A stretch of 64,000 nucleotides of DNA. Source: Candidatus Binataceae bacterium (GTDB lineage Bacteria > Desulfobacterota > Binatia > Binatales > Binataceae). The stretch spans positions 7,212 to 71,211 of the forward strand of contig JBGPUE010000008.1 of assembly GCA_041491005.1 (NCBI GenBank), read 5' to 3'. Below the pieces are notes generated by a model. The model searched no databases. It was not told the origin of the DNA and saw only the letters and a program-made list of their open reading frames with translations. The position numbers and the translations under genes were made by a program. Within the stretch, counting starts at the first letter, position 1, and every line of letters begins with the position of its first letter. Below, in pieces: positions 16,893 through 25,371 of the stretch.

Positions 16893-17875
16893 GCGCCGGG
16901 CGCAGATTTCTCCTCGCCATCGGCGGCGTCGCGCTGCTCATTGGGCTTGGCACGCTCGGTTACATCCTGATCGAGGACATGACGCCGATCGAGGCGCTCT
17001 ACATGACCGTCACGACCATCTACACGGTCGGCTTCGGCGAGGTGAAGCCGCTGGATACGGCGGGGCGGCTGTTCACGATCGCGTTAATCATGGTCGGGGT
17101 CGGCAATCTCTTCTATCTCGTCGCGGTGGCCGCCGAATTGCTGGTCGAGGGCCGCCTGCGCGATTATTTCGGGAGAACGGCGATGCAGCACACGATCAAT
17201 CGGCTTCGCGACCATATCGTAGTTTGCGGCTTTGGCCGCTTCGGGCGCGTGGTGGTCGACGAGATGGTCCGAAACGCGATTCCGATCGTCGTCATCGATC
17301 ACGATCCGGCTCGCGAGGCGGAGCTGGTGCGGATGGGGGTGCCTTACGTGATCGGCTCAGCACTCAACGACGAAGTGCTCGACTCGACCGGCATTCGCAA
17401 TGCGCGTGCGATCGTCGTCGCGACCGCTTCCGACGCGGACAACGTTTACATCACACTCTCGGCGCGCGAGAAGAACCCATCCATCCGCATTCATGCGCGC
17501 GGCGAATCGGAAACGGGCTTGCGCCGATTGCGATTGGCCGGTGCGGACCAGGTAATCTCGGCGTATCAATGGGGCGGAGTGCGGATGGCCTCGACCATCC
17601 TGCGCCCGTCAGTGGTCGATTTCATCGAGTTTTCGATCCCCGGCCGCGGCGACAATGTCGATCTCGAGGAGATATTGGTTTCGAAAGATGGGGCGCTGGT
17701 GGGACGCACAGTCATCGAGGTCGAACAAAGTATTGCGCGCCTGCGGGTGGTGGCCCTCAAGCGTGGCGCAGCCCCGCTCTCGATCATTCCCGAGCCCTCA
17801 ACGCGGCTTGAGGCGGGTGATTATCTGGTGGTGATCGGCGATCGGCAAAGCGTCCAGCGGCTGAGTGCGTCTTAG
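16889..17875 (+). CDS. 2-TM potassium channel with RCK (TrkA-N/TrkA-C) domains, MthK-like
   Basis: Selectivity-filter-like TVGFGE after the pore helix. Rossmann motif IVVCGFGRFGR, plus a C-terminal TrkA-C-like segment (LEEILVSKDGALVGRTV..LEAGDYLVVIG). Confidence 0.85.
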   Translation: MSAGRRFLLAIGGVALLIGLGTLGYILIEDMTPIEALYMTVTTIYTVGFGEVKPLDTAGRLFTIALIMVGVGNLFYLVAVAAELLVEGRLRDYFGRTAMQHTINRLRDHIVVCGFGRFGRVVVDEMVRNAIPIVVIDHDPAREAELVRMGVPYVIGSALNDEVLDSTGIRNARAIVVATASDADNVYITLSAREKNPSIRIHARGESETGLRRLRLAGADQVISAYQWGGVRMASTILRPSVVDFIEFSIPGRGDNVDLEEILVSKDGALVGRTVIEVEQSIARLRVVALKRGAAPLSIIPEPSTRLEAGDYLVVIGDRQSVQRLSAS

Positions 17876-17893
17876 GCGGGCGCGCCACGCCAA

Positions 17894-19063
17894 TCAGCGC
17901 TGGCTGCGCTGCATCCGCGCACGCATCGCCTCGGCGGGCGTCATGATCAGGCGTGGTTCTTCGCGTTCGCGTTGCTGCTCCTGCGCGAGCATCTCACCAA
18001 GCTGCGCGCGCACGAAGGTCTGGAAGAACGCAATGCGCTTCGGATCTGCGCCATCGCGGATGCGCGCGGCAGCCGATGCGGCCCACCCGGCCTGTACCCG
18101 GCGTCCGCTGCGCAACAGGTAGTAGGCGGTATCCTCGAGGCGGCGGCGAATCAGCATCGCGCGCGCGCCGGCCATCAGCGCGCCGATTGCGCGCTCGGCC
18201 ACCGCATTGATGCGCTCTTCATTCTGAACGCGGTCCAGCACGAGCGGGCTCTGGCGGACTTCATTGACCTCGTCGAGGTAGGGCTTGATCTCGGCGGGCG
18301 GCATCCGCCAACCGGCGAGCTCGGGTTCCTTCAGCAAATCGATCGATGGCTCGGCGGCGATCTCGACCGCGAGTTCCGCATACACGGGATGCTCGAATTC
18401 GGTCGGCGGTGGACCTGCTATGATCTCCGAGCGGATCATCAGGAAGTTTCCGACCTGGCTGCGGCGCGACTCGGGTGTGCGGTTATATGCCTCGCAAATC
18501 ACGAAGTCAGCCAGCCGCCAGTCGGCGTCGATCAGGCGGAGGTTGGCGCGGCGCTCGAGCTCGGCGCGTTCGTCGCGCAGTTCATGCCGCGAGAGATTCA
18601 AAAGGCGCGCGCCGACCAGCCCTTCGGTCTCCGAGGCGAGCACCCACAAGCGCCTCACGCCGCCCTGCGCGCGTTCCTTCAAAATCCAAACCAGACGCGC
18701 GCCTTCGGGATCGATGGGCGACATCAGCGCACTCAGTCCAGCGGACGCCGCGATTGCGGCTGGCTGAGCGGGCGTGGCCGCACGTGGCGCAGTCTTGAGG
18801 CCGCGCTGGGCGAGCTTGAACACGGCGCGGCGGATTTCCCGGCGATCGGCGCCGCTGGCCTCGGTTTCCATTTCACTCAGCAGTTGCACAGATTCAGGTA
18901 CGCTGAGATTGCCAAGCGCCGCCGCGATCGCAGCCTTGGGTGCTGCGCCCGCGGCGTGCAATCCGCGCAGCTTTGCGACCGCATCCGCAGGTGCGAGGGC
19001 GGGATCGAAGCCGAGCTCGCTCAGCCGCGGATCGATCACATCAGCCTTCTTCCGTTTCGACAT
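17894..19063 (-). CDS. hypothetical protein (389 aa), no family recognised
   Basis: Long ORF. ATG 19063 (MSKRKKADVIDP..) is preferred over TTG 19087. Composition is Ala/Arg/Glu-rich but has protein-like segments (DFVICEAYNRTPESRRSQVGNFLMIRSEII..). An antisense ORF at 17972-19132 exists, so the coding strand is not fully certain. Confidence 0.5.
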   Translation of the reverse strand: MSKRKKADVIDPRLSELGFDPALAPADAVAKLRGLHAAGAAPKAAIAAALGNLSVPESVQLLSEMETEASGADRREIRRAVFKLAQRGLKTAPRAATPAQPAAIAASAGLSALMSPIDPEGARLVWILKERAQGGVRRLWVLASETEGLVGARLLNLSRHELRDERAELERRANLRLIDADWRLADFVICEAYNRTPESRRSQVGNFLMIRSEIIAGPPPTEFEHPVYAELAVEIAAEPSIDLLKEPELAGWRMPPAEIKPYLDEVNEVRQSPLVLDRVQNEERINAVAERAIGALMAGARAMLIRRRLEDTAYYLLRSGRRVQAGWAASAAARIRDGADPKRIAFFQTFVRAQLGEMLAQEQQREREEPRLIMTPAEAMRARMQRSQR

Positions 19064-19141
19064 CGCAGTTTCGAGGAACGCCCTCAAGCTCGATTATATC
19101 GGTTGCCAAGTCAATGTCGGGAAGTGTTCTAATCTACGCCC

Positions 19142-19669
19142 ATGCGCAACGTCGAGGCCAAGTTCCGCTTGGGTGATCGCGATGCGGCCCGCGTCAAGGC
19201 GCTCGCGGCAGGTTTCGTCCTTCACGGTGAACTCTTGCAGCGCGACACGTTTTTCATCACGCCCAATGGCAAGCTCAAACTGCGGGAAGAGTCAGCTGAT
19301 GGCGGCCCGCCGACCGCCGCGCTTATCTACTATGAACGCTCGGGCGCAGGCGCGCAGATGCTGAGCAACTACGAAATCGTGGCGGTCGCGCAGGCTGGTG
19401 CGATGCGCGCGATGCTCGTCGCCGCGCTCGGCTTCCGCGGCGAAGTGCACAAGCGCCGTACGCCGCTGATGCGCCGCAACGTAAGGCTGCATCTCGATGA
19501 AGTTGATGGGCTCGGGAGTTTCGGCGAGCTCGAGGCGGTGCTGGGCCCTGCTGATGCGGTCGAGGGCGCGGAAGCGGAGGTTGGCGAGATTCTGCACGCG
19601 CTCGGCGTGCCATCGGCCGACCTGCTCGATAGTTCGTACTTCGAGTTGATGGCCCCGCCGATGCGCTAG
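19142..19669 (+). CDS. CYTH-domain protein (class IV adenylate cyclase / triphosphate tunnel metalloenzyme family)
   Basis: 175 aa. N-terminal MRNVEAKFRL (EAK of the CYTH ExExK-type strand), ..QRDTFF..GKLKLRE.., ..YYER.., ..VHKRR.., ..VRLHLDEVDGLGSFGELE.. all follow the CyaB-like pattern. Confidence 0.7.
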   Translation: MRNVEAKFRLGDRDAARVKALAAGFVLHGELLQRDTFFITPNGKLKLREESADGGPPTAALIYYERSGAGAQMLSNYEIVAVAQAGAMRAMLVAALGFRGEVHKRRTPLMRRNVRLHLDEVDGLGSFGELEAVLGPADAVEGAEAEVGEILHALGVPSADLLDSSYFELMAPPMR

Positions 19670-19725
19670 ATCAGCGCGGCGGCCACGGCCATCGCGCCTG
19701 CGGCGCGCTCGCCGATCTCACGTAG

Positions 19726-20124
19726 TCAGCGCACGACCGCGATCGCTTCAACTTCGATCATCAAACCGTCGACCGCAAGCGACGTCACTCCGACCAGAGT
19801 GCTGGCGGGCGGATGCTCGCGGTCGAAGATGCCGCTGCGCACCTGGCGCAGCACGGCAAGATCCGCACTCTTGTAGTTGACGATAAAGATGTTGGTTTTG
19901 ACCACATCTCTTGGCGTGGCGCCTGCAGCTTCGAGAACGGCGGCGAGATTGTCGAACGCCTGTTGCGCCTGCGCGCGCAGATCGCCGGCTCCGACCAACT
20001 GGCCCTCCTTGTTGAATGCGACCTGGCCGGCGACGAAGATCATGCGGCCGCCTTCGACGCTGACGGCATGGCTGTAGCCGCGCGGCGCGGCAACTGCGGA
20101 AGGGTTGATAAACTTCTTGTCCAT
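19726..20124 (-). CDS. ridA: RidA/YjgF-family reactive-intermediate deaminase
   Basis: 132 aa with ..PRGYSHAVSVEGGRMIFVAGQVA.., ..AGATPRDVVKTNIFI.., ..PASTLVGVTSLA..MIEVEAIA. Confidence 0.85.
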   Translation of the reverse strand: MDKKFINPSAVAAPRGYSHAVSVEGGRMIFVAGQVAFNKEGQLVGAGDLRAQAQQAFDNLAAVLEAAGATPRDVVKTNIFIVNYKSADLAVLRQVRSGIFDREHPPASTLVGVTSLAVDGLMIEVEAIAVVR

Positions 20125-20147
20125 GGCTTTTTCTCCTCCGCGCCGAC

Positions 20148-21266
20148 TCAGGCAGCGCCCCAGATCTCGCGGGCGGTCTCGACGACGAGACTCAGCTTTG
20201 CCCGTTCGTCATCTTCGCTCAGCGGATTGCCGGCGACAGTGCTGGCGAAGCCGCATTGCGGGCTGATCGCCAGTTGTTCGATCGGAATCGTCCGCGACGC
20301 CTCGTCGATGCGCCTTCGCAGCATTGCACGCTCTTCGAGCATGGGTGTCTTGCTGCTGATCAGGCCGAGCACCACCATCTTGCCGGGCGGGACGAAGCGC
20401 AACGGCGCGAAATCACCAGCGCGGGGCGTGTCGTATTCGAGCAGGTACGCATCGACGCCGGCCTCGTTGAATAAGCGTTCGGCGACGGCGTCGTAGCCGC
20501 CCTCAGAGACCCATTTGCCCTTGTAATTGCCGCGGCACAGATGCATCGCGATGGCCATCGATGGCGGCCGGTCGCGGATCGCGTCGTTGATCGCACGGAT
20601 GTAGATCGATGTGAGCCGGTCAGGATCTTCGCCACGCGCCTTGACGCTCGCGCGCACATCCGGATCGCAGAGCATCGCGAGCGGCACTTCGTCGAACTGG
20701 ATCCACGTAGCGCCGAGCGCCGCCAGCTCGGCGATCTCCTCGCGATAGATGCGCGCGAGGTCGGCGAAGAACTCCTCGGTGTCAGGGTAGGCGCCCGTCT
20801 CGATTCCCGCCGGTCCGCGCCAGAAATGCATCGTCGACGGCGAGGGCATCGTGACCTTGGGCGTGCGCACCGTGACGCCCTTGAGGAAGGCGAACGCCGC
20901 GCCCGATGCGCTATGCGTCCGCCGAAGTCTCCCTGCGACGTGCGGTGCGGTAAAGTCGGTGGTCGCACCCCCGGCTTCGCGGAACTTGAACAGCGATTCC
21001 TTGACCGTCAGCCCTTCGATGGCATCGACGAAATGCGACCAGTACGAGCCGCGGCGGAACTCGCCATCAGTGATCGACTGAAGCCCGGCGCTTTCCTGGA
21101 GCGCGACGACATCGCGGATACATCGATCCTGGATGTCGCGAAACGCCGCCGCATCGAGCGCGCCGCGGTTGAAGTTCTGGAACGCCTCGCGCAGCTCGCG
21201 CGGGCGCAGCAGCGAGCCGACGTGATCGGCGCGAAACGGCGGATGGAGTCGTAACCTCGCGGTCAT
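20148..21266 (-). CDS. cobalamin-independent methionine synthase (MetE) catalytic-domain family protein
   Basis: 372 aa with ..FRADHVGSLLRP.., ..IQFDEV.. and the zinc-ligand-like HLCRGNY and SPQCGFAS, as in the Meth_synt_2 fold. The substrate is unknown. Confidence 0.75.
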   Translation of the reverse strand: MTARLRLHPPFRADHVGSLLRPRELREAFQNFNRGALDAAAFRDIQDRCIRDVVALQESAGLQSITDGEFRRGSYWSHFVDAIEGLTVKESLFKFREAGGATTDFTAPHVAGRLRRTHSASGAAFAFLKGVTVRTPKVTMPSPSTMHFWRGPAGIETGAYPDTEEFFADLARIYREEIAELAALGATWIQFDEVPLAMLCDPDVRASVKARGEDPDRLTSIYIRAINDAIRDRPPSMAIAMHLCRGNYKGKWVSEGGYDAVAERLFNEAGVDAYLLEYDTPRAGDFAPLRFVPPGKMVVLGLISSKTPMLEERAMLRRRIDEASRTIPIEQLAISPQCGFASTVAGNPLSEDDERAKLSLVVETAREIWGAA

Positions 21267-21351
21267 CCGAACACCCCCGGCCCGGGCGAGCTAACAAAAT
21301 CGCGTCCGGAGTTTTACTTACTCGGCGATCTTTGGCTCAACTGTCAAACGG

Positions 21352-22791
21352 ATGAACGACGAGGCCCGCACCCGATGGCTCGATACGGTGGTCCGGCACC
21401 GCCGCGATCCGGTGCGGCCAGCGAACGATTCTTACTGGGCGCCGCGGCTGGATTGCGCTTCGCGCGACGAGCTGGCGGCGATTCAAAGCGACAAGCTGGT
21501 CGCGGCAGTCGCCTATGCCCACGCGACGATTCCCTTCTACCGGCGTAAGTTCGATGCGATCGGGCTTGCGCCCGGCGATATCCGCGGCATCGAGGATCTC
21601 GCGCGCATTCCCATCACGACCAAGCATGAGCTGGCAGCGGACCTCGAAGCGAATCCGCCATGGGGCACCTACACCGCGGTCGATGATCGCATCTGGCTCG
21701 AGCGCGGATGGCAGGTCTTCACCACCTCGGGTACGACCGCGCGCCCGCGACCATTTCGCTATACGAACTTCGATCGCGAGATGTGGGCATGGCGTAACGC
21801 GCGCGCCATGTGGGCGATGGGCTTTCGGCCCGGGTGCGACGCCGCGATGCTCGCCTTCGGGTACGGGCCGCATGTCTGGCTATGGGGTGTGCATCACGCG
21901 CTCGCGCTAATGGGCATTCCGATCGTGACCGGCGGCGGGCTCGATTCGCGCACCCGGGCGCGATTCATCCGCGACTTCGGGCCGACGATCCTGTGCTGCA
22001 CGCCCTCGTATGCGATCTATCTGGCCGACGTGATGCACCAGTCCGGAATCGATCCGGCGGCGACCGCGGTTCGCTACCTGTTCTGCGGCGGCGAGCCGGG
22101 ATTCAGCGTTGCGGCGACGCGCCGGCGCCTCGAACAGACCTGGAACGCGGAGCTGCACGAGTTCTACGGATGCACTGAGGCGTCGCCATCCGCCGGCGGA
22201 TACACTTGTAGCTCCATCGCACGCCGCAAGGATGGACCGGTAAGCGTCCATCTGCTCGAAGATCAGCAGCTCTGGGAGACAGTCGACCCGGCTTCGCTCG
22301 ATCCCGTCGAAAAAGGCGAACGCGGACTCACGGTTGTTACCGAACTGGGCTCTGAGGCGTCGCCGCAGATCCGTTTCCTAGTGGGCGACTATGCGACGCT
22401 CGGCTACGATCGATGCGAGTGCGGCCGCACGCATGTGCGCGCGATGGGCGGCTTTCTCGGCCGCGCCGACGACATGCTCAACATTCGCGGCGTCACGCTG
22501 TTTCCCTCCAGCATCGAGGATGCGATCCGGTCGGTGCCCGAGGCCGGCGACGAGTTCGAGATCGTGATATCGGCTGAGCGAGCGCTCGACGTGATGACGG
22601 TACGAATCGAGCCGCGCGCCGAAATCGGGGCTGATCGCTTTGCCGAACTCGCGCGCAAGGTCGAATCCGCGATCGTCGCGCGATGCGAGCTGCGCCCGGT
22701 CGTCGAAGTAGTCGCTCTTGGAACCCTGCCGCGCACCGAGACCAAGGCGCGCCGCGTGAGGGATCTGCGCGCAACGCCCGAGCGCCTGTAG
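21352..22791 (+). CDS. PaaK-like adenylate-forming CoA ligase (phenylacetate-CoA ligase / F390-synthetase family)
   Basis: ..VFTTSGTTARPRPF.., ..CCTPSYAIYLA.., ..LFCGGEP.., ..EFYGCTE.., ..DMLNIRGVTLFPSSIE.. Confidence 0.8.
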   Translation: MNDEARTRWLDTVVRHRRDPVRPANDSYWAPRLDCASRDELAAIQSDKLVAAVAYAHATIPFYRRKFDAIGLAPGDIRGIEDLARIPITTKHELAADLEANPPWGTYTAVDDRIWLERGWQVFTTSGTTARPRPFRYTNFDREMWAWRNARAMWAMGFRPGCDAAMLAFGYGPHVWLWGVHHALALMGIPIVTGGGLDSRTRARFIRDFGPTILCCTPSYAIYLADVMHQSGIDPAATAVRYLFCGGEPGFSVAATRRRLEQTWNAELHEFYGCTEASPSAGGYTCSSIARRKDGPVSVHLLEDQQLWETVDPASLDPVEKGERGLTVVTELGSEASPQIRFLVGDYATLGYDRCECGRTHVRAMGGFLGRADDMLNIRGVTLFPSSIEDAIRSVPEAGDEFEIVISAERALDVMTVRIEPRAEIGADRFAELARKVESAIVARCELRPVVEVVALGTLPRTETKARRVRDLRATPERL

Positions 22792-22827
22792 TGTGATGTC
22801 CTACAAATAACTTTGGCAATTGTGTTT

Positions 22828-22966
22828 GTCATCCTGAGCGAAGTCCGCGGAGCGAAGGATCTCGCGCGGCAATCGCTGGCCGCGTGATTTTGCCGGCTGT
22901 CGGCGAAAAGTGCATCACGGCCGCAAAGATGGCGGCCGCGAGATTCTTCGCTGCGCTCAGAATGAC
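22828..22966. repeat. family-A inverted-repeat element (long form)
   Basis: Left arm gtcatcctgagcgaag[tccgcgg]agcgaaggatctcgcg. Right arm cgcgagattcttcgctgcgctcagaatgac. Together they fill most of the gap between the ligase and the amidase. Confidence 0.85.
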
Positions 22967-23024
22967 GACCTCCACGTATCGTGAACTTGCTTGTGGGACA
23001 CAACTCCAGGAGCGGGCGCGCCGG

Positions 23025-24521
23025 TCAGGCCTTGCGCCAGTCGGCGCTCTGCTCGAAAGCGTAACCGAGCCTGAGCAGCGTCGATTCGCTGAAATGCCGC
23101 CCGATCAGCATCATGCCCACCGGCAGGCCATCTCGCATCGCGCACGGGATGCTGAGTCCCGGATGGCCGGTGACGTCGAACGGCGCCGTGTTCGCGAGCA
23201 TCGAGTACGGCGCGCGTTCGTCCTGGCGCGGGGCCTTCATCGGCGTCGTCGGCATCACCAGCGCGTCGTGGTTCGCGAGCAACTTGTCATATTCAGCACG
23301 GAGCGCGCGGCGCTGATTCTGCGCCTTGGCGTAGATGCGCCCGTGATACTTGCTTCTGAGATATGTGCCAAGCAGCAGCATCAGCTTGACGGTGCTCGCG
23401 ACCTCCTTGGTTCGCGACGGCGCGACTTCGCCAAAACGATCCGCGAGCGATGCGTTATACAGTCCCTGGAAGTGCGTGCCGGCGAGGTTGGTATGCGCCA
23501 AATCGCACATCCCCTCCGCGACGATTCCCCACAACAGTCCGAACGCCTCGCGATGCGCGGGCATCGATACCTCCTCGACATGCACGCCGAGCTTGCCGAG
23601 CTTTGCCGCCGCGTCGCGCACGGCGGCGTCCACATCCGGCTGCGCACCCGGATGCGCGAAACCTTCGCGCAGGATTCCAACTCGCAGGCCGCTTACGTTG
23701 CGGGAAAGCTCGCGGACGTAGTCTTCGGAGCGGTGCTCGCCTTGGCGGGGATCGAGCGGATCCTTGCCCGCGATCACTTCCAGCGCGAGCGAGACGTCGC
23801 TGACGCTGCGCGCCATCGGGCCAACGTGATCGAGCGAGGGGTCGATGCTTAGCACGCCGGTGTATGGGACGAGGCCGTAGGTTGGCTTGATTCCCACCAC
23901 GCCGCACCATGAGGCGGGAATGCGGATCGAGCCGCCCTGGTCGGTGCCGATGGTTATGTCGATATCGTCGTAGTAGAGCGCCGCGCCGGAGCCGGCGGAC
24001 GAGCCGCCCGAGCAATGCGCGCGGTTGTGCGGATTGAGCGTGGGCCCATATGCGCTGGTGGTGCCGTCACCGGAGAGCGCGAAGTCGTCCATGTTGAGGA
24101 TCGCGACGATCTCGCCGCCCGCATCCAGCATCCGCGAAACGATGGTGGCATCGATGTCGGGTACGTAGCCTTCGAGCACGCGCGAGCCGGCGCTGATCGG
24201 AATGCCAGCGGCGCAGACGCTGTCCTTGAGCCCGATGCGTTTGCCGGCGAGCTTGCCCGAGGGCGCGCCCTTGACGTGGCATCGACGCACGATGGCGTTG
24301 AACGGGTCCTCTTCGCGCGCCGGGCGGGCGCCGGGATCGCGATCGCGGTACTTCGCGACCGAGGGCTGCGGTTCGACCGGCGCACTATCGATCCGTTCAA
24401 GGAGCGTGAACATCCCCGGCATCATTGCCTCGAATATCGCGGCCTCCTTGTCGCTCAGCTCGAAATGATTGGCGCGGGCGGCTTGCTTGAGCTCCTCAAC
24501 GGTCGGCGGTTGCAGTGCCAT
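23025..24521 (-). CDS. amidase (amidase-signature family)
   Basis: ATG 24521 is preceded by AAGGAGG. The AS signature CSGGSSAGSGAAL is present, with catalytic Ser/Lys context ..GLKDSV.. and ..GTDQGGSIRIPAS.. Confidence 0.9.
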   Translation of the reverse strand: MALQPPTVEELKQAARANHFELSDKEAAIFEAMMPGMFTLLERIDSAPVEPQPSVAKYRDRDPGARPAREEDPFNAIVRRCHVKGAPSGKLAGKRIGLKDSVCAAGIPISAGSRVLEGYVPDIDATIVSRMLDAGGEIVAILNMDDFALSGDGTTSAYGPTLNPHNRAHCSGGSSAGSGAALYYDDIDITIGTDQGGSIRIPASWCGVVGIKPTYGLVPYTGVLSIDPSLDHVGPMARSVSDVSLALEVIAGKDPLDPRQGEHRSEDYVRELSRNVSGLRVGILREGFAHPGAQPDVDAAVRDAAAKLGKLGVHVEEVSMPAHREAFGLLWGIVAEGMCDLAHTNLAGTHFQGLYNASLADRFGEVAPSRTKEVASTVKLMLLLGTYLRSKYHGRIYAKAQNQRRALRAEYDKLLANHDALVMPTTPMKAPRQDERAPYSMLANTAPFDVTGHPGLSIPCAMRDGLPVGMMLIGRHFSESTLLRLGYAFEQSADWRKA

Positions 24522-24659
24522 GACGCGGTTCCTCCTTTCCGATCGGCGCCAGCTTCGCTCATCGCGCAAAAACTTGCCAGCGGCCATCGGCCAGTGGATT
24601 AGACGCCTGCTAACGCGTGGGCGTCGCGGGCGATAGCCCGAGAAGAAGGGTCTCACCTT

Positions 24660-25316
24660 TCATTGTTTCGTGAGCCGGTCCCTCCAAGGCACTCCTTTAC
24701 GTACCCGGTAGGCCTCACCATCCCACACATAGACGTCGGCTGTGACCGGCTCATAGGTTCGCGTTCCCGACTTCGAGTCTAAGATCCACTCCAAGTTGGA
24801 AATGATGATTCGCTGGCTCCAGCTTCCGGGGCGCGCGCGTGATTGTTCTTTGCGACTAACAATTAGCGACCCTGGCGATTTCGGTGGATAGACGAATTCT
24901 GGCATCAGCTTTGACCCGGCGCTGAGAACCTGATCGACTTCCCCCTCGGAGTAGGAAAATACCCATAGGCGGTACGAACCATCGGCGCTCACCCAAACCG
25001 TCATGAGGTTCGAGCCTGTTTCAGAGCTCGAAAACACCGAAAGAGGAAACTCCTGCGGTGAAAAGGAGAGGAGCTTGTCGCTTCCGCTATAGACGACCAG
25101 CGTGCTCAGATCACGTTCTGAGTGGCCCGGCGGTAGAACTACCGCACAAGTTAGAATGACATTGCCCGTCGCCTCAGGACTCCAATTGTGGAGCAGAACG
25201 AGTCGATTCTCCGTGACGGCCTTCATGAGTACCAAGGGTAATTCCCCGCAAAGCGCCGCCGATTGAAGGGCAAATGTCGACAAAGAGACGCATATCGCCA
25301 AGAAGAACTTTTTCAT
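24660..25316 (-). CDS. hypothetical exported protein (218 aa), compositionally atypical
   Basis: ATG 25316 gives MKKFFLAICVSLSTFALQSAA (signal peptide). The protein is Ser/Val/Leu-rich and beta-like. 100 G+C in the 180 nt from 24901-25080 by hand count (~56%). No family recognised. Confidence 0.65.
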   Translation of the reverse strand: MKKFFLAICVSLSTFALQSAALCGELPLVLMKAVTENRLVLLHNWSPEATGNVILTCAVVLPPGHSERDLSTLVVYSGSDKLLSFSPQEFPLSVFSSSETGSNLMTVWVSADGSYRLWVFSYSEGEVDQVLSAGSKLMPEFVYPPKSPGSLIVSRKEQSRARPGSWSQRIIISNLEWILDSKSGTRTYEPVTADVYVWDGEAYRVRKGVPWRDRLTKQ

Positions 25317-25371
25317 CACTCTCTTTAAGGGTGGATCTGCCATCCGCCCAGGTTCGGATTGCGCGTTCCGA

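Noticed and set aside
17972-19132. Long antisense ORFs (for example 17972-19132 +, 43623-45416 +, 6534-7412 -, 34952-36043 -, 59019-59786 -, 53139-54530 -, 29393-30763 -)
   Set aside because: Their translations are Arg/Ala/Pro/Gly-dominated with no motifs. Each lies opposite a gene with clear family signatures. Such ORFs are the expected stop-codon-poor antisense frames of high-GC DNA.
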